Positions 9,887-17,612 of a stretch of 64,000 bases of DNA are shown here, piece after piece. A program made the translations under genes and the position numbers. The notes under the pieces are model-generated. The model was given only the letters and a program-made list of their open reading frames with translations, searched no databases and was not told where the DNA came from. Numbering within the stretch: the first letter of the stretch is position 1; each line of letters begins with the position of its first letter. The stretch is from Candidatus Eiseniibacteriota bacterium (lineage in GTDB: Bacteria; Eisenbacteria; RBG-16-71-46): positions 2,950 through 66,949 of the forward strand of contig DASSIN010000061.1 of the NCBI GenBank assembly GCA_035691845.1, in the 5' to 3' direction.

Positions 9887-10444
9887 ATGATTTCGGATCG
9901 ATCTAACCGCCTGCAGAGCTTCTTCGGCGTGGACACGGTCGAGCCCACGGTCTCCATCCTGGGCGATCCGGACGGCGCGAACGCCGAGGCAAACGGGCAT
10001 CGCGTGACCTGGACCCGATGCAACTACGGCGGACGCCGCGCGTGGCTCGTGTGCCCTCACTGCGGCCGCAGGTGCGTGGATCTGTACGGTGACGTCTGTT
10101 GGTGCCGTCGCTGCCTGAGCATCGGCTACTGGTCGCAGCTGCGCGCGAACTGGATCGAGCGACGCCGGTGGAAAGCCGAAGGCATTCGCGTGCGGCTGGG
10201 TGGAGCGCCGGATCTGTCGCACGGGTTCCCGCTACGCCCACGAGGCATGCACCGAAGCGCCTATGCCGAACTTCGGAGACAGGGGTTGGCTCTTGAGAAG
10301 ATCGTGTCGGACGTGGAGTGGGTCCGCTTCGAGCTTGAATGCATCCGTGGCCTGCGTGGCATCTTCCCCGAGCGCCGAATGATCCGTGGCTGGCTCGGAC
10401 AGATACGCGCGACGGCCATGAGTGCTGCCCGGGGCGAGATTTGA
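9887..10444 (+). CDS. Hypothetical zinc-finger protein (island cargo)
   Basis: CPHCGRRC...CWCRRC forms a C4 zinc-ribbon-like cluster. No recognisable family. Confidence 0.35.
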   Translation: MISDRSNRLQSFFGVDTVEPTVSILGDPDGANAEANGHRVTWTRCNYGGRRAWLVCPHCGRRCVDLYGDVCWCRRCLSIGYWSQLRANWIERRRWKAEGIRVRLGGAPDLSHGFPLRPRGMHRSAYAELRRQGLALEKIVSDVEWVRFELECIRGLRGIFPERRMIRGWLGQIRATAMSAARGEI

Positions 10445-10718
10445 ATGCAATCCTCGCTCCCGCCCTTGCCCGCAACCACTCGCGCCAACCTCCCAATCCG
10501 CGCGGACATGAGTGTCTGTTTCGCCGTCGGTGCCTAGCGTCAAGATGATCCGGCTGGTTGGGTCGAATGGTTCCGGCACCACTTTGGCACCAAGCCCCCG
10601 CGAAACCGGGTGCTTCTGCATTTTCCAGTTCTCCGACCAGTCTTGCCGCCCAGCTGTGGGCCGGAAAGAGAAGGGGACGGCTCATGGAAGTGAGCCGCCC
10701 CTAGCTATTGCTGCGTGA

Positions 10719-10982
10719 TTACAGCAGCTTCTTGGCGCGAAGGATCTCAACGTACTGGTCGCGCCCAATGTGACAGGCAAGCAGCCCAGAGAGTTGATCC
10801 TCGGTCAGTTTGAGCTGCTGCCGGATGCTGTGCTGCATTGGCAGGTCGCCCTGCTGCTCGGAGCGCCGGGTTCTGGTGATCGTCTTGCCGTCGTGCTCGA
10901 ACCAAGCAAAGAGATGGGCACCCTGCCGAGTCTTGAGTTCGAGCTTTCTGACGATGAGGTCGAACTCGTGCCTCTTGATCAT
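10719..10982 (-). CDS. Possible HicA-like toxin (mRNA interferase fold) of a type II TA pair
   Basis: MIKRHEFDLIVRKLELKTRQGAHLF.WFEHDGKTITRTRRS....DLPMQHSIRQQLKL fits the HicA pattern (K..E...I.KLG....GSH.......G......P.H..DL..G....I.KQ.GL), with GAH in place of GSH. It is the last gene of a three-gene minus-strand operon with a 4-nt gap to the upstream gene. Confidence 0.35.
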   Translation of the reverse strand: MIKRHEFDLIVRKLELKTRQGAHLFAWFEHDGKTITRTRRSEQQGDLPMQHSIRQQLKLTEDQLSGLLACHIGRDQYVEILRAKKLL

Positions 10983-10986
10983 CTAC

Positions 10987-11397
10987 TCAGCGAGGACGCA
11001 CGTGCGCGAGCAAGGCCTGACGGACCACATCGAGGTCGGGCCCAAGCCGGTCCGGCTCTTTGGTCAAAGTGTGGAACAGTTGACCGATGGCGCGCTGCAG
11101 ATCACGAAGTGCAACGCTCCTATCCTCGCCGAAGCCGAACTCATTGAATGCCGGAGCTTCCGCAATGGCGTGCGAACCCTCCGAGGCGAATCGCACGAGG
11201 AAGGGCGTGTAAACGCGAAGCTCAGGATCGAGCAGATGGCCCACGGCGATTTCGTCCACCGTCTTCGGTGGCTTGAGCGCGATTTCGACCGTCTCGACGG
11301 AAGGCCGAAATTCCATCCATGCGCTACGGGTGCGCCCGGACTCTGGCTCTGCTGGCGGGGTCACAACAATGTCGGCTTGAATGGTCATGGCAGTCAT
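10987..11397 (-). CDS. Hypothetical protein (candidate antitoxin or partner of the HicA-like gene)
   Basis: 136 aa with no clear motif. The stop overlaps the upstream gene's start region (11394-11397 overlap), suggesting translational coupling. Confidence 0.35.
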   Translation of the reverse strand: MTAMTIQADIVVTPPAEPESGRTRSAWMEFRPSVETVEIALKPPKTVDEIAVGHLLDPELRVYTPFLVRFASEGSHAIAEAPAFNEFGFGEDRSVALRDLQRAIGQLFHTLTKEPDRLGPDLDVVRQALLAHVRPR

Positions 11398-11855
11398 TCC
11401 TGAGATGTCGAGTCCGGGACCAAGGTAGCGTCGATGAAGGCTTCTCCGATCACCGCGTCGTTCATGAGCACTTGGAACACGTAACGGCCCTCTTCGATCA
11501 ACGGCAGGGGCATCGGAAAAGGCACGAGGAAGTCCGTTGAGCTTAACCGATCCTGGACCATGATGGTGCCAGAGGCTTCGGCGAGCACATTGCCGGACTT
11601 GACCTGAACGAAACGGACAGCCACCCGGTAGTAGCCGACCGCGTCCGCGATCTTGCCGTAAACCGTAAGCTGACGGGCAGTTGGGAACTTATGAGCGATC
11701 ACCCGATCGAAAATGCCAATGAGCGACTTCTTGCCGCTGACCGGCTCGGTCGCGGCTACGTCGCAGACTAGGGCGGCCACCAAGAACGGAAGTACCTGGC
11801 TTTCCCGTCGGCGTTCGTCGCTCATGCGCCCCTTTCGTGGACCCTCAGTCTTCAA
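11394..11855 (-). CDS. Hypothetical protein (island cargo, first gene of the three-gene operon)
   Basis: 153-aa ORF with no recognisable domain. An alternative start is MSDERR, 10 codons in. Confidence 0.35.
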   Translation of the reverse strand: MKTEGPRKGRMSDERRRESQVLPFLVAALVCDVAATEPVSGKKSLIGIFDRVIAHKFPTARQLTVYGKIADAVGYYRVAVRFVQVKSGNVLAEASGTIMVQDRLSSTDFLVPFPMPLPLIEEGRYVFQVLMNDAVIGEAFIDATLVPDSTSQE

Positions 11856-12012
11856 GGCGTCTAAGCATAAGGTACGCCTACGCTACCCGCAACGGCGGAG
11901 TCCCCTGCACCTGCGGGCAGCCCATCGCAAGCTCAAGGCACATGCCCCGATGCCGGCACCGATGCCGGCACGCTCGACGCAAAGCCGCCGGCAGGCGGCT
12001 TTGGACGAGGCC

Positions 12013-12085
12013 CGGCGATCGAGTCGCGGTGCCAAAGCACAATTCCTGGTTGCGTTCGGAAGCGTGCTCAATCGCGGCGCCACAA
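12013..12085 (+). pseudogene. ~75-bp remnant of a DUF3987-like gene 5' region (frameshifted fragment)
   Basis: Near-identical to 14548-14616 inside the intact DUF3987-like gene (GATCGAGTCGCGGTGC..CACAATTCCTGGT.GCGTTCGGAAGCGTGCTCAATCGCGGC). It encodes ..AQFLVAFGSVLNRG.. but with a +2 indel relative to the intact copy. Confidence 0.6.
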
Positions 12086-12111
12086 GCGACCCACCCCTGT
12101 GGGTGACTCCC

Positions 12112-12504
12112 CTACTTCGCGGTCCCCGAGCTGTCCGGGACGAGGATCGCAATTCCACTAGCGCGGACCGCCGGGATGTTCGGGCGGCCGTTCAGGGATG
12201 CCGCGTGATAGCCCTCGAACGACACACTTACGATGCCGTTCCCGCCCAGCTTGCGGGCCTCTTCTTTCAGAAGAGGCAGTACGTCGTCCTCGTTCACGCT
12301 ACTGAAAGCGGTTGCGCCACGCTTCGACGCGCGCACGCGGCCCAGCTCCTTAGCGCCAGGCGGCTCAGTTGAATAGAGCGTCACCGGCGATCCGGCTGGT
12401 CGCGGGGCCAATTCAAGGCCGTTCATCCTGATCGAGTTGGTCGAAGTTGTGGCGCACCCGCAGCAGACCAAGAGCGTCAGGGCGATGGTGAGGGAACGAT
12501 TCAT
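12112..12504 (-). CDS. Lipoprotein (island cargo)
   Basis: MNRSLTIALTLLVCCGC with lipobox L-V-C-C-G-C. 130 aa. Confidence 0.45.
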   Translation of the reverse strand: MNRSLTIALTLLVCCGCATTSTNSIRMNGLELAPRPAGSPVTLYSTEPPGAKELGRVRASKRGATAFSSVNEDDVLPLLKEEARKLGGNGIVSVSFEGYHAASLNGRPNIPAVRASGIAILVPDSSGTAK

Positions 12505-12588
12505 GGCGGCCTCCTATCGAACTCGGGAACAACGGTCAACGGCGCTACTTCTCATTCCGCACGAAGAGACGAGGCGGGCAGGGTGAAG

Positions 12589-12849
12589 CTACTTTGACCC
12601 CTTGCTCCCGAAATCCACGGTCGGAAGCCCGGTCCACATGTTGCCGAGCAGCGTCGGCGAGGTCACTTGAAAGTCGCTGCGATAGTATATGTCGCCCGCT
12701 TCGGTCACGACATAGACTCGGTCGCCCTGAATCGCAACCCCAGCGATCGGGTGTCCGACCGAAGCCGAGGCCGAACGGGTGCCGAGGTGGTAAGCGGCGG
12801 CGATGGCCAAGATCGCGAGCGCGACGTTTCTCGCCGTGGACGAACGCAT
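12589..12849 (-). CDS. Small secreted protein (island cargo)
   Basis: N-terminal signal-peptide-like segment VALAILAIAAAYHLG. 86 aa. Confidence 0.35.
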   Translation of the reverse strand: MRSSTARNVALAILAIAAAYHLGTRSASASVGHPIAGVAIQGDRVYVVTEAGDIYYRSDFQVTSPTLLGNMWTGLPTVDFGSKGSK

Positions 12850-12903
12850 GCGGCCTCCGGGTATGGGTGAGGAGGATGGATCCGGACAACGGCAGCCATG
12901 ACC

Positions 12904-13839
12904 TTACTTCCGTTTGCCTCTCTTGCCGAGCACCCGAGCGCGCGTTGGCGAAGTTCGGAGCCTCCGTTGCCTTGCCCTGTAGTCCCGGGCCACCTGTGCG
13001 TCTCTTGCGCGACGACAGGCCTCTCTCTGGCACCACGTTCGCTGCCCTGGCGCGGGTTGCCGCGAAGGCTGAAACATGGTCCCGCATGATGCACAGATCG
13101 CTAGAGGCCCACCCAACGCGGACAGCAGCTGTGCGGCCAGGGCACTCCTCAGGCCGGAGTAGGCAAAGGCGATCCTCCTGCCGTCCTCAATCCATGAGAG
13201 AGCCAGCCTAACGCCACTTCCCACGACCCAGCCGTTCAGCTGCCACGCTAACAGCCGCCGTTTCTCTTGGAGTGGCACCTGGGCCGATGGGGCCACAAGG
13301 AACTCGCCAACCCTGCCAATGTGCTCGGCGTGGAACGGGGGAATCCTCTCCCCTGTTGTCAGACACTTCGCTGCCACAAAGAGGGAGCGGACCTGCCGGG
13401 CGAGGATTAGCCACTCTTCGACGGGCTCGAAGTAGACCCCTCCGGACTCCGCCGGGGATCCTTCCGGCCATCCCGGCCAGCATGGAGTGCATCCGGGACA
13501 CGCGGCCAGAGCTACCCCATGCTGACAGATCCCGAGAGGGCCAAGACTGGTTGCCAGCCGCTCAACGGCGCGGTGCTGAAACCTGGCCGAAGCTAGCCCC
13601 ATGAAGTCGGCTAGGAGAGTGCGCGGAGGCGAAACCTCCCTCACGGGCTCTCCTTCCTGATAGAGAACCCTCGATTCATCTACCCGAAGGCCCTGAGGAA
13701 TCATTAGGCGAACCGCCGCGTAGCTCGGGAGCACGTCGGCGAAAGGAACTCCGCTTCCGAAGTCGCTGATGCCGGATCTGAGGATCGTCATACCGGCATC
13801 ATATCGGAATCCTGTCCAGAACGGGGCTCCTTCTTCCAC
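12904..13839 (-). CDS. Hypothetical protein with a Cys-rich C-terminus (island cargo)
   Basis: 311 aa. The C-terminal CASCG...WCQREAC cluster is followed by an R/K-rich tail, suggesting a zinc-binding, nucleic-acid-binding end. No family assigned. Confidence 0.4.
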   Translation of the reverse strand: MEEGAPFWTGFRYDAGMTILRSGISDFGSGVPFADVLPSYAAVRLMIPQGLRVDESRVLYQEGEPVREVSPPRTLLADFMGLASARFQHRAVERLATSLGPLGICQHGVALAACPGCTPCWPGWPEGSPAESGGVYFEPVEEWLILARQVRSLFVAAKCLTTGERIPPFHAEHIGRVGEFLVAPSAQVPLQEKRRLLAWQLNGWVVGSGVRLALSWIEDGRRIAFAYSGLRSALAAQLLSALGGPLAICASCGTMFQPSRQPAPGQRTWCQREACRRARDAQVARDYRARQRRLRTSPTRARVLGKRGKRK

Positions 13840-13892
13840 TCTGCCCCCGTCGCGTCCGGAGATGTCCTTCGGCGCATTCGGGGGGTTCGAGC

Positions 13893-14111
13893 ATGGACAG
13901 GCTCCTGTTGAGGCCCGGAGAGGTGGCGGTCCTCCTGGGAATCGGAAGATCGACCGCCTACCAGCTGATTGCCCAGAGGGTCATCCCGTCGGTCAAGATC
14001 GGCAAGAGGATCAGGGTCTCCCCTGCGGCCCTAGATGACTGGATTGCCAAGAACGCACAACGGCCCCGCCAACCGGGAGCGGTACGGCAGTCCTCGCGGG
14101 GGCGGTCATGA
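13893..14111 (+). CDS. AlpA/Xis-family helix-turn-helix DNA-binding protein (excisionase-like)
   Basis: LLRPGEVAVLLGIGRSTAYQLIAQRVIPSVKIGKRIRVSPAALDDWI is the canonical phage AlpA/excisionase HTH pattern. Confidence 0.6.
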   Translation: MDRLLLRPGEVAVLLGIGRSTAYQLIAQRVIPSVKIGKRIRVSPAALDDWIAKNAQRPRQPGAVRQSSRGRS

Positions 14112-14350
14112 GCCCGCGACCCCTCGAAGACCTCGCCGGCCGTCCTGCCTATCCCGACGAGCGATACTTCCACACCGATCTGCCAGAACTTGAAGTGGAT
14201 GACATGCGCATTGAGCGGGAGTGCCGCCGACTCGCCGCTCTTCAAGCGGCGCTGCAAGGGCATCGGGTGCCACCATGGATCCTCGAACGCATCGAGTGCA
14301 TTGACGACGAACTCCGCCGCCGCGGCTGCGAGGTGAGTCGTGGACAGTGA
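14108..14350 (+). CDS. Hypothetical protein
   Basis: 80-aa ORF overlapping the upstream stop by 4 nt. No motif. Confidence 0.3.
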   Translation: MSPRPLEDLAGRPAYPDERYFHTDLPELEVDDMRIERECRRLAALQAALQGHRVPPWILERIECIDDELRRRGCEVSRGQ

Positions 14351-15818
14351 GAGCCGGCTCGCACGCTGCCTCTTGCCCGAAATTGGACCGGAAACCAAAC
14401 CCCGGAGCTTGGCCCACAAGCCACACGTTTCCGCTCCGGGCCACACGCCAGAAGGCGCGGAGTCGTGGCCTGAGCCTCCAAGTGCGGCAGCATTTCACGG
14501 GCTGGCGGGCGAGCTGGTGGCGATGCTCGATCCACACACGGAGGCCGATCGAGTCGCGGTGCTCGCACAATTCCTGGTCGCGTTCGGAAGCGTGCTCAAT
14601 CGCGGCCCGCATTGCGTCGTGGAGTCCGACGTTCACGCATGCAATCTGTTCCTGGCGCTGGTGGGCGAGTCGTCCAGGGCAAGGAAGGGCACGAGCTGGG
14701 GCCATATTCGAAGGCTCTTTCGTTTGGTCGATGACGCGTGGGAAGCGTCAAGAGTTGCGACCGGCTTGTCCTCGGGCGAGGGGCTGATTTGGGCCGTGCG
14801 CGACCCTATTGAGAAGCAGCAGCCGATCAAGCAGAGCGGGCGGGTCACAGGCTATGAGCCGCTGATCGTGGACGCGGGCGAAACCGACAAGCGTCTCCTC
14901 GTCATCGAGTCCGAGTTCAGCTCCGCGCTCAAGGTGATGGGCAGGGATGGCAACACCCTCTCACCCATCATCCGTGCCGCCTGGGACACGGACAACCTTC
15001 GCTCCCTCACCAAGAACAGCCCTGCTCACGCGGTGGGCGCGCACATCTCCCTCATCGGCCACATTACCCGCCAGGAGCTTCGGCGCGATCTGACCGCAAC
15101 CGACATGGCCAACGGCTTCGGCAACCGCTTCCTTTGGCTGGCTGTGCGGCGCTCGAAGGCGCTGCCAGAGGGCGGCCACCTGGACGAGTCGCAGTTCAAG
15201 GCCTTCGCCGGTCGCGTCGCCACCGTCGTGGCACGCGCACGGCAAGTCCGCGAGATGCTGCGTGATGAGCAAGCCAGAGAGCTTTGGGCGGACGCATACC
15301 TTCAACTCTCGGAAGGCCGCCCCGGGCTACTCGGCGCAGTCACGTCACGTGCCGAGGCCCAGGTTACCCGGCTCTCGCTCATCTACGCCTTGCTGGACCA
15401 GTCGCCGGCGATCGGGGTCCGTCACCTACGACCTGCGTTGGCCCTGTGGGACTACTGCGACCGTTCGGCGCGTCACATCTTTGGCGAAGCCGCCGAGGAG
15501 AGCCAGGAGGACAGCGATCGTCGGACACTGATCGAGGTCATTGAAGGCCGCGGGGGTTCAGTGACTGCGGCGGAACTGGCGAAGTCTGGCCCTCGCCGGC
15601 TCCGCGGCAACAGCGACGCTGCCGACCTCGCGCTTCAGGAGCTCGCGGGGTTGGGCCTCGGCACATGGCAGGACGTGCCCCCCGGGCCGGGAGGCGGACG
15701 GCCCACAAGACAGTTCTGCCTCACGCCGGATAGCGGAGCGGATTCGAAACGCGTGAGTTCGGCGGTCGATTCAGGGGTTAAGTTTCCGCTCCGTCAGATT
15801 GGGGGCGGCCGTGGCTAG
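14340..15818 (+). CDS. DUF3987-like protein (mobile-element replication/primase-associated family)
   Basis: 492 aa. The central region (LIVDAGETDKRLLVIESEFSSALKV...RLSLIYALLD) resembles DUF3987 proteins, which are encoded next to integrases and primases in islands and satellites. The family assignment is from memory and not searched. Confidence 0.45.
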   Translation: MDSESRLARCLLPEIGPETKPRSLAHKPHVSAPGHTPEGAESWPEPPSAAAFHGLAGELVAMLDPHTEADRVAVLAQFLVAFGSVLNRGPHCVVESDVHACNLFLALVGESSRARKGTSWGHIRRLFRLVDDAWEASRVATGLSSGEGLIWAVRDPIEKQQPIKQSGRVTGYEPLIVDAGETDKRLLVIESEFSSALKVMGRDGNTLSPIIRAAWDTDNLRSLTKNSPAHAVGAHISLIGHITRQELRRDLTATDMANGFGNRFLWLAVRRSKALPEGGHLDESQFKAFAGRVATVVARARQVREMLRDEQARELWADAYLQLSEGRPGLLGAVTSRAEAQVTRLSLIYALLDQSPAIGVRHLRPALALWDYCDRSARHIFGEAAEESQEDSDRRTLIEVIEGRGGSVTAAELAKSGPRRLRGNSDAADLALQELAGLGLGTWQDVPPGPGGGRPTRQFCLTPDSGADSKRVSSAVDSGVKFPLRQIGGGRG

Positions 15819-16143
15819 TCGCGGAAGCAACCTACAGGACCTGCTAGCCGCAGTGGACGATGTTCCGCGCCAAGCAGTCCCTGCGCTCCTCGTGCGGCTG
15901 GCAGCCCGCATGGCCGAACCGTCGGTCGAATCCGATTCTACGCCCCCACCGTCGGCAGACGGCGCCAATCAGGACGGGCAGCTCCTTTCGGTGGCCGAAG
16001 TGGCTGCAAGACTCGGCGTCACCAAACGATGGGTCTACCGTCACGCTGGAACGTGGGCGTTCACGCGCAGGCTCGGGCATCGCACCCTGCGGTTCGAGCG
16101 GCGCGGATTCGAGAAGCTCCTTCAGGCCCGCCCGAGGCTGTGA
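15799..16143 (+). CDS. HTH_17/excisionase-type DNA-binding protein
   Basis: LLSVAEVAARLGVTKRWVYRHAGTWAFTRRLGHRTLRFERRGFEKLL is a MerR-like excisionase HTH. The true start may be internal. Confidence 0.5.
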   Translation: MGAAVASRGSNLQDLLAAVDDVPRQAVPALLVRLAARMAEPSVESDSTPPPSADGANQDGQLLSVAEVAARLGVTKRWVYRHAGTWAFTRRLGHRTLRFERRGFEKLLQARPRL

Positions 16144-16156
16144 TATCATACATCCC

Positions 16157-16336
16157 ATGAAGCGGCCGGTGCGGGTCAGGGTCGAGTCACTGCGGGGCAC
16201 GGTTCCCCTCGTGGTGCGGCTCCCTTCGGCCCTGCATCGCGCGTTGCTTGCGGAGAAGAAGCGTACTGGACGTACCGTGAACCTGATTGTCCGAACGGCC
16301 CTGGAGGCGCGATTGGCGCGGAGGAAGCAGCAGTGA
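16157..16336 (+). CDS. Ribbon-helix-helix (Arc/CopG-like) small protein
   Basis: MKRPVRVRVESLRGTVPLVVRLPSALHRALLAEKKRTGRTVNLIVRTALEARL is an RHH pattern. The stop overlaps the integrase GTG start. Confidence 0.4.
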   Translation: MKRPVRVRVESLRGTVPLVVRLPSALHRALLAEKKRTGRTVNLIVRTALEARLARRKQQ

Positions 16337-17553
16337 GCGCAGAGCGTGGGGTTTACCCGCGACAGAAGAAGGACGGCTCGCTGGTGTGGTGGATCGTCTA
16401 TCACCACCGCGGCCAGCGGTTCCGTGAGAGTAGCCACAGCGCGAACCCGGAGGTTGCTCGGCGGCTGCGCCAGAAGCGTCTGACAGCGCTGGAGCGCGGC
16501 ATCAACGGGCGCGACGCGGACCGGATGCGGTTCGATGCCCTCTCGGCGCTGCTCATCGCGGATTACAAGGTCCGTCAGCGGAAGTCCCTCGATCGCGCCA
16601 AGCTATCCCTCTCCCACCTACGCCGGCACTTCGGCAACTGCCGCGTGAGCGCCATCACCCCGAGCGCCATCAAAGCCTACGTGTCCGAGCGGCTGGAGAC
16701 GGCGAAGCCCGCGAGCGTCCAGCTCGAATGCGCCGCCCTGAAGCGGGCCTTCAATCTCGCCGTGAAGGATGGGCTCCTCGCCACCCGCCCCGCATTCCCG
16801 ACGATCGCGGTTCACAACGTGCGAACCGGATTCCTGGAGCAGGCGCAGCTTCAGGCGGTGCTCGACAACCTCGGTCCCGAGGTTCAGCCGGTGGTGCGAT
16901 TCGCGTCGCTGACCGGCTGGCGCAAGAGTGAGGTGCTCGGTCTCCAGTGGCGGCAGGTCGATTTCGGCGCCGGTGTCGTCCGGCTGGATGTCGGAGCGAC
17001 CAAGAACGGCGAGGGCCGGGTTTTTCCGTTCGCTGCGCTGCCGGAGTTGGATGAGCTTCTGAATGCGCAGCGTGAGCGCACGTCAGCCGTTGAGCGCCAC
17101 CGTGGGCAGGTTATCCCCCACGTGTTCCACCGGCGGGATGGTGGCCCCATCCTGTCGCTCGATCACGCGTGGGCGAGCGCCTGCCGGCGCGCTGGCGTAC
17201 CCGGGCGGCTATTCCACGACCTGCGCCGCACGGCCGTGCGTTCGTTCGAGCGCGCCGGGGTGCCACGCGCCGTGGCTATGCGGCTCTCCGGGCACAAGAC
17301 CGAGGCCATCTACCGGCGCTATGCGATCGTGTCGGAGTCGGACTTGGCGGAAGGTGTCCAGCGGCTCGCCCAGGCGCGTACCGCCACGCAGACCGCCACA
17401 CGGACGGTTCGTGCCGCAGCGGGCGGTTTGGACGAATCCCACAACTCATTGCAGGACAACATGCCGGGAGCAGGAGTCGAACCTGCACGGGGTTTCCCCC
17501 GACGGATTTTAAGTCCGTCGCGTCTGCCATTCCGCCATCCCGGCATCGACTGA
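16333..17553 (+). CDS. Tyrosine site-specific integrase (phage integrase family)
   Basis: N-terminal SAM-like domain; catalytic region R...HDLRRT...HKTEAIYRRY (R, HxxR, Y). The 3' end overlaps the tRNA-Leu/att sequence. Confidence 0.85.
   Translation: MSAERGVYPRQKKDGSLVWWIVYHHRGQRFRESSHSANPEVARRLRQKRLTALERGINGRDADRMRFDALSALLIADYKVRQRKSLDRAKLSLSHLRRHFGNCRVSAITPSAIKAYVSERLETAKPASVQLECAALKRAFNLAVKDGLLATRPAFPTIAVHNVRTGFLEQAQLQAVLDNLGPEVQPVVRFASLTGWRKSEVLGLQWRQVDFGAGVVRLDVGATKNGEGRVFPFAALPELDELLNAQRERTSAVERHRGQVIPHVFHRRDGGPILSLDHAWASACRRAGVPGRLFHDLRRTAVRSFERAGVPRAVAMRLSGHKTEAIYRRYAIVSESDLAEGVQRLAQARTATQTATRTVRAAAGGLDESHNSLQDNMPGAGVEPARGFPRRILSPSRLPFRHPGID
17455..17514. repeat. 60-bp direct repeat (att-right) lying within the intact tRNA-Leu 3' half
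   Basis: Identical to 9656-9715. Confidence 0.85.
17462..17544 (-). tRNA. tRNA-Leu (anticodon UAA), type II with long variable arm
   Basis: The reverse complement reads GCCGGGATGGCGGAATGGCAGACGCGACGGACTTAAAATCCGTCGGGGGAAACCCCGTGCAGGTTCGACTCCTGCTCCCGGCA. There is a 7-bp acceptor stem, an anticodon loop CTTAAAA and a T-arm GGTTCGACTCC. CCA is not encoded. Confidence 0.85.
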
Positions 17554-17612
17554 AATACGAACGCCCGGGGGGTGCGCCCGGGCGTCGTCTCGCGTTGAGT
17601 CTGTCGCGGCGG

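Larger units (their letters stand above)
9656..17514. mobile_element. Integrative genomic island (~7.8 kb) inserted at the 3' end of tRNA-Leu(UAA)
   Basis: Perfect 60-bp direct repeats of tRNA 3'-half sequence at both ends. A tyrosine integrase abuts the intact tRNA. The element also has two AlpA/Xis-like HTH genes, an RHH gene and a DUF3987-like gene. GC content is visibly lower than in the flanks (for example 10.5-12.6 kb). Confidence 0.8.

Noticed and set aside
11713-12372. Track ORF 11713..12372 (+, 219 aa) as a real gene
   Set aside because: The only meaningful segment is the ~25-aa DUF3987-like remnant. The rest is low-complexity and overlaps the minus-strand lipoprotein gene, so it is treated as a decayed fragment.
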